A stretch of 64,000 nucleotides of DNA, from positions 96,001 to 160,000 of the forward strand of contig CAWJCS010000001.1 in NCBI GenBank assembly GCA_963841435.1. Reading direction: 5' to 3'. The stretch's first letter is position 1. Every line of letters begins with the position of its first letter. This DNA comes from an uncultured delta proteobacterium (GTDB lineage Bacteria; Myxococcota_A; Polyangia; Polyangiales; Polyangiaceae). The position numbers and the translations under genes were made by a program. Below are positions 1-13,690 of this stretch, one piece after another. The notes beneath the pieces are model-generated. The model searched no databases, was not told where the DNA came from, and worked only from the letters and a program-made list of their open reading frames with translations.

Positions 1-212
1 GCCCCCGCTTGATAGAGCCACGCGGCGAGCGCTCTCGCGTCGTGAAACACCCGGCCTCCGACGCGCTCGAGCGCGGCGACGAACGCCCCGAGCGGATCGG
101 AAAGGTCGGCGACGCTCACGCTCATGTCGTCCGCGTAGTCGGGGTACGGCGTGGGCTCGCGGGACGAAAGCGCCGCTCGCACCCGCGCCAGCACGAGCGC
201 GCGGTCGCTCAA
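1..212 (-). CDS. lutC: LutC/YkgG-family lactate utilization protein (5' part; runs off window)
   Basis: TTG start overlaps the lutB stop (TTGA); reads MSDRALVLARVRAAL...AFVAALERVGG; third position in a lutAB cluster. Confidence 0.7.
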   Translation of the reverse strand, partial: MSDRALVLARVRAALSSREPTPYPDYADDMSVSVADLSDPLGAFVAALERVGGRVFHDARALAAWLYQAG

Positions 213-1597
213 GACTTGCTCCCGCGCGAGGCGAGCCAGCGGCGGAACGCGCCGCCGCGGTACGTCGGCAGCGTGTGTCCAGCGAGAAAGCCTTGTACCG
301 CCGCGGGAAGCAGCCCTCTGGGCAGACCCGACAGCGCGCGCCCCGCGAAGAGCGCCGCCTGCCACGCCGTCGCATCGGAGGCGACGGCCGCCCATGCTCC
401 GAACGTCGGCGCTCCGTGCTTGGCGACGCCCGCGCGGCGGCTCTTGTCGCGCATCCGGAGGAGCAGCTCCTCGAGCGGAATGTCCACGGGACACACCTCG
501 TGGCACGCCCCGCACAGGCTCGACGCCCGAGGTAGGTCGCCCAGCGTCTCGAGGCCGTTCTTCGCGAGCAGTGGCGAGAGCACGGCGCCGACGGGGCCCG
601 GATAGACGCTGCGGTAGGCGTGCCCGCTCGCCTGCCGATAGACCGGGCAGACGTTGAGACACGCGCCGCAACGGATGCAGCGCAGAATGGCGTCGCAGTC
701 GCTTCCGAGCACGAAGCTGCGCCCATTGTCGACGAACACGACGTGCATCTCCTCGGGCCCGTCGGCTTGCTCGGCGGCGCGCGGGCCGCCGACGAGCTCG
801 GTGTAAACGGTGATGCGCTGGCCGGTGCCCGAGCGAGCGAGCAGATTCAGGAAGAGCGCGAGGTCGCGATCGGTTGGCACGAGCTTCTCGATGCCGACCA
901 GCGCGATGTGGCAGCGCGTGGCCGCGAGGCAGAAGCGCCCGTTGCCCTCGTTGGTGACGAGCACGAGGCGGCCGCTTTCCGCCGAGACGAAGTTCGCGCC
1001 CGTGACGCAGGCGTCGGCAGCGAGGTACTTCTTGCGCAAAAAGGCCCGGGCGCGGCGCGTGATGACCTCCGGCGTCTCGTCGTAGGCGCCGAGCCCCTGC
1101 GCCTCGAAAAGGCGAGCCACCTCGCGACGGTTGCGATGGATGATCGGTTTGACGATGTGGCTCGGTGTCTCCGCGCCGAGCTGGATCACGAGCTCGCCGA
1201 GATCGGTTTCGACGGCCTCGATCCCGTGCCGCTCGAGAAAGTGCGACAGCTCGACTTCCTCGGTGACCATGCTCTTGGTCTTGACGACGCGCCGGGCTTG
1301 GCGTCGCTCGAGGATGCCGAGGACGATGGCGCGCGCGCTCGCCGCGTCGGCCGCGAAGTGCACCACGGCGCCGTTTTCCTGGAGCCGGGCCTCGGCCTTC
1401 AACAGGTACCCATCGAGGTGATCGAGCGTGTGTTGCTTGATCCGCCCGGCGAGCCGCCGCAGTGCGTCCGGGTCGGCGTAGTCGGCGCTGAGCGCGGCCG
1501 TGCGCGCTTCATGCGAAGCCTTGCTGCCGAGTCGCACCGAGGCACGGCGCTCGTCGCTCTGCGCCCGAGCGAAGCCGTCCACGGGCTCGCGCCTCAC
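209..1597 (-). CDS. lutB: LutB/YkgF Fe-S lactate utilization protein
   Basis: KTKSMVTEE, ETDLGE, TNEGN, CIRCGACLNVCP and SSLCGACHEVCPV ferredoxin motifs; GTG start overlaps the lutA stop (GTGA). Confidence 0.93.
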   Translation of the reverse strand: MRREPVDGFARAQSDERRASVRLGSKASHEARTAALSADYADPDALRRLAGRIKQHTLDHLDGYLLKAEARLQENGAVVHFAADAASARAIVLGILERRQARRVVKTKSMVTEEVELSHFLERHGIEAVETDLGELVIQLGAETPSHIVKPIIHRNRREVARLFEAQGLGAYDETPEVITRRARAFLRKKYLAADACVTGANFVSAESGRLVLVTNEGNGRFCLAATRCHIALVGIEKLVPTDRDLALFLNLLARSGTGQRITVYTELVGGPRAAEQADGPEEMHVVFVDNGRSFVLGSDCDAILRCIRCGACLNVCPVYRQASGHAYRSVYPGPVGAVLSPLLAKNGLETLGDLPRASSLCGACHEVCPVDIPLEELLLRMRDKSRRAGVAKHGAPTFGAWAAVASDATAWQAALFAGRALSGLPRGLLPAAVQGFLAGHTLPTYRGGAFRRWLASRGSKS

Positions 1598-2370
1598 GCC
1601 GGTGCCCCCGCGCGCGTGCCCAAACCGAGCGCATCGCGCAGGACCTGGGCGACGTGGAGGGCCCTGAGCGGGCGCCCTCGTTTTCGTGCCAGACCCTCGA
1701 GATGCAGCAGGCAGCCCATGTCCGACGAGACGACCAGGTCGGGCTCGGCGGCCGTGAGGTGCTCGAGCTTGAGCTCGCCCATTGCGCCCGAGACGTGCGG
1801 AAAGCCAGCAGAGAAAGTACCGCCGAAGCCGCAGCATTGCTCGGGCTCGCCGACCTCGACGAGCGTCACGCCCGCGATCGATTCGAGCAGCGTTCGTGCC
1901 GACTCCGCGTACGACGTGCCGCGGGTGTGGCACGAACGATGAAACGCGACCTTGTGGTCGAAGCGACCACCCCAGTGGGTGACGCCAAGCTCGCGAACGA
2001 TGAAGTCGGCGAGCTCGAAGCTTCGCGCTCCGAGCTCTTGGGCCGCGCCGCCGTCCGGCTCGCGCTCGAAGAGCAAGGCGCTGCCGTGCGACAGCATCCG
2101 CGCGCACGAGCCGGACGGCGTGACGACGGGCGCGCCCCCTGCGAACACCCCCAAGGTGTGTCGCGCCACACGGCGGGCGGCGTCCCAGTCTCCCCCGTTG
2201 AACGCCGGCTGGCCGCAACAGGTTTGGTCGTCGGGGACTTCCACGCTGCAACCGAGGTGTTCCAGGACCTCCACGGCCGCGCGCGCAACGTCGTCGAAAA
2301 AAACGTCACCCAGGCACGTGGCCATCAGACACAGCCGCGGGCGCTCGGGCGACACAGAACCGAGTCTCAT
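1594..2370 (-). CDS. lutA: LutA/YkgE CCG-domain Fe-S oxidoreductase subunit
   Basis: QTCCGQPAFNGG, SGSC, FHRSCH, CCGFGGTFS, DMGCLLH. Confidence 0.93.
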   Translation of the reverse strand: MRLGSVSPERPRLCLMATCLGDVFFDDVARAAVEVLEHLGCSVEVPDDQTCCGQPAFNGGDWDAARRVARHTLGVFAGGAPVVTPSGSCARMLSHGSALLFEREPDGGAAQELGARSFELADFIVRELGVTHWGGRFDHKVAFHRSCHTRGTSYAESARTLLESIAGVTLVEVGEPEQCCGFGGTFSAGFPHVSGAMGELKLEHLTAAEPDLVVSSDMGCLLHLEGLARKRGRPLRALHVAQVLRDALGLGTRAGAPA

Positions 2371-2488
2371 GCCTGCTTGGGCGGAAGACTACACCCCCCG
2401 CGGAGCCCCTGGCGGGCGCCACCTCGACAGCCGCGCCGAGCTCCGGCTACCCTCCCGGCCCCCCCCGAACACCCCAGGACCCTTGCCC

Positions 2489-4847
<2,359 letters not shown>

Positions 4848-4873
4848 GACGACTCCGCCAGTTTGGCGCGCGG

Positions 4874-5797
4874 TCAGGGCTTCGCTTCGGCCTTTTGCTT
4901 GGCCTCGATGGCGGTCTCGAGGTCGTCGAACGCCTTCTCGTAGCTCTGCCGCGCGGCAGCGCTTCGCTTCTCCAGCTCGTCGGCGAGCCGCTTGGCCTCG
5001 CTGACCTCCGAGTCGAGGCTCGCAAGCGCGGTGCTCGCGGCGGTTTGGCGCTCTTCGGCTGTCTGCTTTGCGGCCTTCGAAGCGCTCGGGTCGTTGCTCA
5101 CCTTCTTCGACGCCTCGATCTCCTGCTCGAGCGTTCGTTTCACGTCCGACGCGTCCGCGAGCGCCGCGTCGAGGTCGCGCTTCGTGCGTGGCAGGCGCAC
5201 GTGAGCGAGGTAGCTCGCGAGCGCGATCGCGTCGGCCTGCTTCTCGAGCTTGTCGACGTTCTGCTTGCCGATCGCGTCCTTCTGGTCCTCGATGAGACGG
5301 TGAGCGGCATTGTGGTCGCGGAGCCGTTCCTCGAGCTGCGCTTCGACGCCGCGGTCCAGCGCACCGCCGACCGGCCCGTAGAGCTCGACCTCGCACTGCT
5401 TCTGCTTGGTCGCATACTCGGCGGCGCCGCCGACCTTCTGGCGGAGCGCGTCGCGCTCGCCCGCGTAGAAGGTCCTGACCGCCTCGGCCTCGCCCATCGC
5501 CGACGCGAGGTCGCCGCTCTTGCCCGCGCGGTCGGCCGCGTCCACGACGCTCGCGACGGCGCCCCAGGAGGGCTTGTCGAGGGAATCCAAGAGCTTCGGC
5601 ATTTCGGCCGTGAGCGTGCCGAGCTGCCGCTCGTCCTCGGCGTACCGGGCGCGCGTGGCGCCGAGGCCCGCCGGGTAGCGCTCCGCAAACGCAGGCTGGT
5701 CGGCCGCCGACGCGTAGAGCGCGGGCTCTTGGCGCGTGCAGGCGAGCGAAACGGGCAGGACGCCGAGGCAAAGGAGGAGGGCGCGGTCGCTTCTCAT
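4874..5797 (-). CDS. Predicted lipoprotein, alpha-helical/coiled-coil, unknown function
   Basis: MRSDRALLLCLGVLPVSLAC lipobox; heptad-rich Ala/Glu/Lys body. Confidence 0.75.
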   Translation of the reverse strand: MRSDRALLLCLGVLPVSLACTRQEPALYASAADQPAFAERYPAGLGATRARYAEDERQLGTLTAEMPKLLDSLDKPSWGAVASVVDAADRAGKSGDLASAMGEAEAVRTFYAGERDALRQKVGGAAEYATKQKQCEVELYGPVGGALDRGVEAQLEERLRDHNAAHRLIEDQKDAIGKQNVDKLEKQADAIALASYLAHVRLPRTKRDLDAALADASDVKRTLEQEIEASKKVSNDPSASKAAKQTAEERQTAASTALASLDSEVSEAKRLADELEKRSAAARQSYEKAFDDLETAIEAKQKAEAKP

Positions 5798-5996
5798 CCA
5801 TGGACTCTCCTGGCGGCGGGCCTGCAACGTCAAGGCACGCTGCGACTCGTCGTCATACAAACGTCTTTTTTGGTCATCTACGCGACATAGGACTGACGCG
5901 CCGTAAGCTTGGAGGATGCTCCGGCGTCTGGCGATGGCTGCTGGCGGCGCCGCCCTTATTGGGAGCGGGGCGTGGCGCTGGGTGGTCTCCGAATAA

Positions 5997-6799
5997 GATC
6001 CGTTCGATTTCGGGCCGGATGGGTTCAGCGTGAGCGAGCTCGGCAAGGGCGGCTTCGGTGCCCTCGAGCCCGTGTATCGCTCCGGCTACATCGCCTGGCG
6101 GGCCCGCGCGGAGGGTGACCGTGGCGTCGTCGTGGCCTACGGTGGCGGACATAACCTCTAATCTTTACTAGCGCCGCGCCCATGTTCGTCGAGCTCCTCA
6201 CCACGCGCGACGGAAGGCACTTCGAGCCGCTCGATCCCGCGCATACCCCACGCGCTCACGGGTGGCGCTACCGAGACCGACTTCACACGCCTCCCCGATG
6301 GCTCGCTGTTCGCCGTGGCCCGTAACGAAAAGGGCGACGAGAGCGGGTGGGGCTCGAAGATCTGCACCGTCGAAGCGAGTCGCCCGTCGGTGTGGCGCTG
6401 CCACACCGACCTCCAAAGTTCGATTCTCCCCTCGTCTTCAGTTTCGGGGGCGAAGCGTACCTCGTCGCTCGGCGCAATCGCACGGAGGACGGCCACTACG
6501 ACGTCGCCGGCGGAGCGCGCGTCTTTCGCACCCTTTGCAACGAGCTTTCCTACATCACGACCGCGAAACGCTGCTCGCTCTTCCACTACGACGTGAAGTC
6601 GGGTGAGCTCGGCTTCGTGCTCGACCTCCCTTCACGCGGCGACACCTGCTTCCCCGCGATGATCGACGGCGCGGACCCGAGCGAGAAGAGCGTTTACGAC
6701 TACAGCTCCGACCTCCAGGGACCGGACCTGGCCTGGGCCGCCGGGCAGCGCCGGCCGACGTTCGTCTATCGGCACGTGCTGCGTTTCTCGAGGCGCTGA
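5997..6799 (+). pseudogene. Decayed gene for a probable beta-propeller (sialidase/BNR-like) protein
   Basis: One protein-like sequence spread over several frames (DPFDF..YGGGHNL / FVELLTTRDG / GGATETDF..RNEKGDESGWGSKIC / KFDSPLVF..LDLPSRGDTCFP); frameshifts near 6160, 6250 and 6415; TAA at 5994; no start. Confidence 0.65.
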
Positions 6800-6987
6800 G
6801 CGTCGCGGGCGCCGCGCGCGGGCGCCAGGGTGGGGAAACCTGCGATTTTGCGGACGATTACGCCGGGCTCGGCCGTCCCGCGCCCGGTGTCCCCGCCCCG
6901 GCTTCTGGGAGGTTTGGTGGAGACCGGGTGAAGAAAGGTCCCGCGCCTTGCGGGTGACTCCCCGGATCGTTAGCTTCGCCGGGCCGC

Positions 6988-8142
<1,155 letters not shown>

Positions 8143-8167
8143 GCGCCCGCGGCCGCGCGAAGTGCCA

Positions 8168-9061
8168 TCAACGCCGCGCGCGAGAGCGCGAGAGCCCGAG
8201 CACGACGAGTGGCTCGTCGGACGCAGCGAAGCTCACGTGGTCGCCGAGGCGCACGGGGACCTGGCGGTAGGCGCCGTCGAAGAAGACGCTGGCGTTGTCC
8301 ATCTTGCTCTCGACGAGCACTTCCTCGCCGTAGCGCAGGATGCGCTGGACGAGCCGATACGGCTTGTGCGACGGCGTGTACGGCTCGCGCACGACGAGCT
8401 GCAGCGCCCGTGACCCGAGCGGCAGCACGCGGCCCCTCGCCGAACGCTGCGCCGCCGTGGAGCCGGCGGCGGGTCCGATCAGGAGCCCGCTCGAGCGTTG
8501 CTCCTCGCGCACCTTGCCGATTTGAAGAATGTAGCGCGACGTTGCCGCGGGCGAAGCGTGGCAATAAAGCGCCTCGTTGAGCACGTGCTTCGTGCGCAGG
8601 CGGCCGTTGATGGAGACGCGCATGCGTGTGAGCTCGACGCTCGGAAGCCGCCCGTCGAGAGCGCGCGCGAGCATGCCCGGAAAGGTCGTTCGCCGGGCGG
8701 CGCAGAAGAAGCCCACGCTGTGCCGCGGCGAGCTGTTCACGCCGAGCACGGGTGTTTCGACGACGCTGTGCGACGCCGCGAGCAGCGTGCCGTCGCCGCC
8801 GACCGCGACCACGAGGTCGGCGCTCGACGCGTCGAACATCGCTTGCGCGCGCTCGACGATCAGCACTTGGGCGTTCGCGCGTTCGAGCGCGACTCGAACG
8901 GCGCTGACGGTGCGCACGTGCTCCCGATGCGCCTCGAGCCAGCTGGCGACGACGGGATCGCGGCGCCGGATCAGCTGTTTGGCACGCGGATCGCGCTCGT
9001 CCTCGACGAAGCGCCGGTAGGCCGTGCGCTTGACCACGAGCACGACGCGAGGGTGGCTCAC
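8168..9061 (-). CDS. nadK: NAD(+)/NADH kinase
   Basis: GGDGT motif, LGVN, LNE, SSGLLIGPAAGSTA; GTG start overlaps the NUDIX stop. Confidence 0.88.
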   Translation of the reverse strand: MSHPRVVLVVKRTAYRRFVEDERDPRAKQLIRRRDPVVASWLEAHREHVRTVSAVRVALERANAQVLIVERAQAMFDASSADLVVAVGGDGTLLAASHSVVETPVLGVNSSPRHSVGFFCAARRTTFPGMLARALDGRLPSVELTRMRVSINGRLRTKHVLNEALYCHASPAATSRYILQIGKVREEQRSSGLLIGPAAGSTAAQRSARGRVLPLGSRALQLVVREPYTPSHKPYRLVQRILRYGEEVLVESKMDNASVFFDGAYRQVPVRLGDHVSFAASDEPLVVLGLSRSRARR

Positions 9062-9729
9062 CCGCCGGCTCCGTAGCGTTCGAGCAGGCGCCGCAGACCG
9101 AGCTCGGTTTTGCCGTCGTTGAGCGTGCCGTCCGCGCAGAGCTCGAGCGCGCGGACGAGCGGCAGTGACACGACGGCGCCGAAGAGCTCGAGCGGCGAGC
9201 CGTCGAGCTCCGGCTCCGCGCGCGACGGCGGATCGACCTCGATCTCGAAGAAGTACTGGCGCTCCGCGATCAGCCCCGGGACGGGGAACGTTCCCGGGCC
9301 GAGCTCGGTGACCTCGGAGAGATCGACGGTGAAGCCGAGCTCCTCCTTGAGCTCACGCTGAGCACACCGCAAGACGCCCTCGCGCGACTGCTCGCCGGGC
9401 TCGACGAGCCCCGCGGGCAGCTCCCAGAACCAGCCGTGCTCCGGGTCTGCTTCGGGCGTGGGCGAACGCGCTCGGTCTCGCTCGGCCGTGGCCGGCCGCA
9501 CGGCGCTACGCAAAAATACTTGGCGAACGCCCTCGCTGTCGACAAAATGGGCGGCCAGCACCACGGCGTCGAGGGCACGTCAATCCACGCTATCGTAGAC
9601 GAAGGGTCGGCTGATCGTGCCGTCCGGGTAGTGCGCGCGGTAGCGCTTGCGGAGCAGGCGCAAAAACCCGGGCTCCGCCGCGGGCGTGAGGTCTTCGTCG
9701 AGCTCGAGGACGATGGGAGGGAAGCGCAC
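9058..9729 (-). CDS. NUDIX hydrolase (ADP-ribose pyrophosphatase-like), interrupted by an in-frame TGA at 9580-9582
   Basis: WELPAGLVEPGE...CAQRELKEELG Nudix box; the frame continues upstream of the TGA to GTG 9729 (VRFPPIVLE...GFLRL...PFVYDSVD*RALDAVV). Confidence 0.82.
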
Positions 9730-9810
9730 GGCGAGAACTTCGCCCTGTCATTGGTGGCTTGCAGGGAAAGCGCAGCGAGAGTACATCGGCTCGACTCGCG
9801 AGGTCACGCC

Positions 9811-10734
9811 ATGTCGTGCGCCCGACCCGTTCTCAATCGTCTCGTCGTCGCCTTCTTGCTCTCGAGCGTGAGCCCGAGCGCGCTTTCGGCGCCTGCGAAG
9901 CCCGCGGCGGCTGCCAAGGCGCCGAAGCTCGACGTCACGGGCTTGAAAAAGGCCCTCGAGACCGGTGACGAGCCCGCCGTGCTCGCCGCGCTCGAGACGC
10001 TCGAGGCGGCCGGCTCGGCGCAGGCGCCGGTCGCGGCTCCGCTCGTCGCCCAGCTGCTCGCGCGCGGCGGGAGCGCTCGCGTGCTCGAACGGGCGCTCGA
10101 GGTGAGTGCGACGCTCGCGCAGCAAAGCGCGACCCATGCCGTGCTCCCCTACGTCCGGCATCGCTCCGCCGCGCTGCGTGGTGCCGCCGCCAAGGCGCTC
10201 GGCGCGACCGGCGGGCCCGAGGCAGTCGCCGCGCTCAGAACCGCGCTGCACGACAAGGAACCACGCGTGCGCAGCCTGGCCGCCGAAAGCATCGGGGCGC
10301 TCCGCGCGGCCGCCGCCGTGCCCGATCTATTCCTGATTCTGTCGAAGCCCGCCGCCACGTGCGACTGCGCGCAAGGTGACGACGAGTGCAAATCCCTCTG
10401 CGCCATGACGGCCGGTTCCAACCCGGAAGCGGCGGCGGCGATCGGCCTGCTTTGCACGCCCGCCGACTGTCAGAAGCTCGTCGATCTCACGGGTAAGCTG
10501 CCGTTCGAGATCATCGAGCGCGGCATCGAGCCGATGTTGCTCCGGCCGGATACCGAGCTCTCCGAAGGCTTCAAGCTCGACACCATCGATCGCATCCGGC
10601 GCCTGCAAACCAAGGGGGCGCGAGTCTTTCTCGAAACCGTGCGCGCGCGCTTCCCCGAGCAGGGCAACGCGCACGTTCGGCTCGGCCTGGATGCCGCCAT
10701 CGCAGGAAAACCCGTGCCCAAGCCCAAGCCATGA
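9811..10734 (+). CDS. Secreted HEAT-repeat protein
   Basis: Signal-peptide-like N-terminus; LRGAAAKALG and DKEPRVRSLAAESIG HEAT/PBS-lyase-like repeats; small Cys insert. Confidence 0.8.
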   Translation: MSCARPVLNRLVVAFLLSSVSPSALSAPAKPAAAAKAPKLDVTGLKKALETGDEPAVLAALETLEAAGSAQAPVAAPLVAQLLARGGSARVLERALEVSATLAQQSATHAVLPYVRHRSAALRGAAAKALGATGGPEAVAALRTALHDKEPRVRSLAAESIGALRAAAAVPDLFLILSKPAATCDCAQGDDECKSLCAMTAGSNPEAAAAIGLLCTPADCQKLVDLTGKLPFEIIERGIEPMLLRPDTELSEGFKLDTIDRIRRLQTKGARVFLETVRARFPEQGNAHVRLGLDAAIAGKPVPKPKP

Positions 10735-12545
10735 AGGCGCTCCTTCTCTCTTTTGCCGCGGGTGTGCTCGCCGCCGCCTGCGCTTCCTCGGGGCCGGGCA
10801 AGAGCCTGTTCTCGCCGACGCTTCCCCGGGAGTCCGGGCTCGGCATCCTCGGCGTCGAGGAGAAACTGAGGAGCGCCCCGCGGCCGCCGGGCGTACCGGT
10901 CGCCGTGGGCGTCACGGACCGAGGGCTCGTCGGTGCCGCGTTGCCGAGCGGGCGCCCCTGGAGCGTTGCGCGACCCGTCGAGAGCTTGCCCGCCGTCACG
11001 GCGCCGGGCGTGGTCGTCGCGACCGGCGGGGGGCGCGTGTTCGGTGTTGACGGTGCGAACGGGCGTCTGCTGTTCGACGTGTCCGCCGACGACTACGAGC
11101 TCGGCGGAGCGGCCGACGACGGGCATTTCACCGTCGTAACACTCGCGAAGAAGGGCCGGAGCCAGGGCCGACTCGTCGTCGTCGAACGGGGTGATCACGT
11201 CGTGCTCGACGTTGACACCGACATGCCGCTCGGTCGCCCCGGCATCATCGCGGGCGTCGCGTTCGTCCCGTGGCGCGGGCAGTACGTGTCCGCGATCGAC
11301 GTGAAGAGCGGCGAAGAAATCGCCAGAGCGCTGGTCCGCGACCTCGTGAGTCACGCTATCGACTTCGACGGCGCGCTCTACTTCGGCGAAAGGGCGCTCG
11401 TACGCTTCGATCAGAAGATCCGCTACGCCGAATCCTTCCAGGCGACACGCTTCACGTTCACTCCGCGTCAGCTGCCGGGCAAGCCGGTCTGGCTCGGCAG
11501 TGGCGTCGAGCCTTCACGCATCGACCGCACGGCGCTCGCCAAGATCCGCCTGTTTGCCGCGCCCGATCCCGAGACGGGAAAGCCTGCCGGCGGAGCGTAT
11601 GCCGCCACCTACTTTCGCGTCATCTACGGATTTTCCGTCCCGGACAACGCGCTCGCGTTCACGGACGCGCTGCCCGCGGACGCGCTCGGCGGCGCGGCGG
11701 CCGCGTCCGGATTCGCTTTCTGCGACGCGAGTGGTCGCGTTCATTTCGATGATCCAGAGGGTCGTGCCGGCGCACCGCTATCCCTCGGGGCGCCGCTCGT
11801 CGCCTGTAGCGTGGGCGCGAGCGCCCTCAGGGTGTCGGCGAGCCGCGAGCGGGGCACCCTAACGGAGCAAATCGAGCACACGATCAGCTCCGTCGATGCC
11901 ACGATGGCCGCGGCCGAGGGGCTCTTGATCGGCGAGCTCGGCAAGATTTCCGACCCCGCCGTGACGCAGGGCCTCATCGCCTTCGCGGAGAGCAGTTGAC
12001 TGCCGCCGGAGCAGCGTGCGATGGCGAAGAAGCTCCTCGCCGACCGGCGTTCCGGCGAGGACGCGATGCTCGCGGCGCTCGCGCGCCACTATGATTTCAT
12101 CTCCGACGAGCAGCCGCCGCCCGTCGGTCCGCTCGCCGACGCACTAGCTTCGATGGGTGAAACACGCGCGGCGCCCCTGCTCGCTCGGCACCTCAACGAC
12201 CCCGCGACGTCGCTCGACGATCTCGAACGGGCGGCGCGCGCTCTCGAGACGCTCGCCACGCCGGCGGAGCTCCCCGCGCTCGAGACCTTCTTCGCGCTCT
12301 ATCGCGCCACGGCCGACGAGCCGCCGCTCGTGAGCGCGGTGGTGTCCGTCGCGAAAGCCCTGGTGCGCGTCGGCGGCACGAGCGGACGCGCCATCGTCGA
12401 GCGCGCCGTCAACGATCCGATGACCGAGCGCGAGGTGGCGCGTGGCGCCGCGAAGCTCGTCACCGGCGCTTCGGGCGACAAACCGGCGCCGACAGGCGGC
12501 AAGCCCGCGGCGACGAGCGACGACAAGCGCGGCGCCTCGAAGTAG
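10731..12545 (+). CDS. Lipoprotein with PQQ-like beta-propeller and C-terminal HEAT-like region, interrupted by an in-frame TGA at 11997-11999
   Basis: LAAAC lipobox; GRVFGVDGANGRLLF and YVSAIDVKSGEE propeller motifs; ORFs 10731-11999 and 12021-12545 share a frame; ATGA overlap with the upstream gene. Confidence 0.75.
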
Positions 12546-12546
12546 G

Positions 12547-12981
12547 GTGGCTCCGGTCGCTCGCGTCGGCCTCCTTTCGTCGTGCCTCGCCGCGTGCGCT
12601 ACCGGGCCGGCGCTCGATCCGACCTTTGGGGACGAGATCCACGCGGCGTGTCGCGCACGGATCGAGCGTGGCGACACGCTCACGCGTCGTCGCCGTGACG
12701 TGGGTGTGCTGCCGCGGGGACGCGCAGAACGAACCCGGGTCGTGATCTACGGCGCCGGGTGGTGCAAGGCTTGCCGGATCGCGGCGGACTACCTGAGCCA
12801 GCGCCGGATCCCGTTCGTCGAGTACGACATCGAGGCCGACTCGAGCGCCCAGGCGCGCATGCGGGCGACGCTCGACGCGGCACGGCTAACATACAAGGAT
12901 GTGCTCCCCGTCATCGAGGTTCGGCACACGGTGACCTACGGCTTCATGCCTTGTGTCGTGGAAGCGGCGTGGAGCGGCTAA
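12547..12981 (+). CDS. Glutaredoxin/NrdH-like CxxC lipoprotein
   Basis: CLAAC lipobox; VVIYGAGWCKAC; IPFVEYDIE; LPVI cis-Pro motif. Confidence 0.75.
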   Translation: MAPVARVGLLSSCLAACATGPALDPTFGDEIHAACRARIERGDTLTRRRRDVGVLPRGRAERTRVVIYGAGWCKACRIAADYLSQRRIPFVEYDIEADSSAQARMRATLDAARLTYKDVLPVIEVRHTVTYGFMPCVVEAAWSG

Positions 12982-13135
12982 GCCAGCGGTTTCGCCGCGC
13001 CTCGCTGGGCTTCGATTGTGCGGAATGGCGAACGGTGTGAGCGAGAGAGCCTCGCTAATCGAGTGCGGCGCGCGTCGTTAGGTTCTGGGTGACTCGCAGC
13101 GGTGTGCTGTCGAGCTTTCCACCCGGAGATCCACC

Positions 13136-13690
13136 ATGACGATGCTACGAGACCAGTCCCTCTCGCCGGCGGCGGGTGCCGTTCGCGAACCGCGCGACAG
13201 TCTGGCTACTTTTGCCCGCAAACTCAGCGCGACGTCCGACGACGCCGCACCCACCGTGGCCCGCCTCGTGCTCGGCGCCGTGCTCTTTCCGCACGGCGCG
13301 CAGCATGCGCTCGGCTGGTTCGGCGGCTACGGTTTCTCGGGGACGCTTGACTGGATGGCGGGCACGCTCGGGTTTCCAGCGCCGCTCGCCGCCATCGGCA
13401 TCGTCACCGAGCTCCTCGCGCCGATCGCATTGCTGTTCGGGCTGGGTGGGCGCGTCGCCGCCGCGCTGCTCGCCGCGCACATGGCCTTTGCCGCGAGCAC
13501 CCACCTCGGCAACGGCTTTTTCATGAACTGGTTCGGCACTCTGGCAACGGGCCAAGAGGGCTTCGAATATCACATCCTCGCGATGGCACTCGCGGCGGTC
13601 GTCGTCATGGCGGGCAGCGGCAGGCTCTCGCTCGACCGGCGGCTCACGCGTGCGTCGCGCCGTGGGGTCGTCACCAGCGCGCCGTCTTGA
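13136..13690 (+). CDS. DoxX-family membrane protein
   Basis: RLVLGAVLFPHGAQ, GFFMNW, GFEYHIL, GSGRLSLD. Confidence 0.9.
   Translation: MTMLRDQSLSPAAGAVREPRDSLATFARKLSATSDDAAPTVARLVLGAVLFPHGAQHALGWFGGYGFSGTLDWMAGTLGFPAPLAAIGIVTELLAPIALLFGLGGRVAAALLAAHMAFAASTHLGNGFFMNWFGTLATGQEGFEYHILAMALAAVVVMAGSGRLSLDRRLTRASRRGVVTSAPS

Noticed and set aside
9580..11999. Selenocysteine or genetic-code reassignment for the in-frame TGAs
   Set aside because: Neither site is a Cys-type catalytic position, no SECIS-like hairpin was evident, and TGA ends many genes in the window
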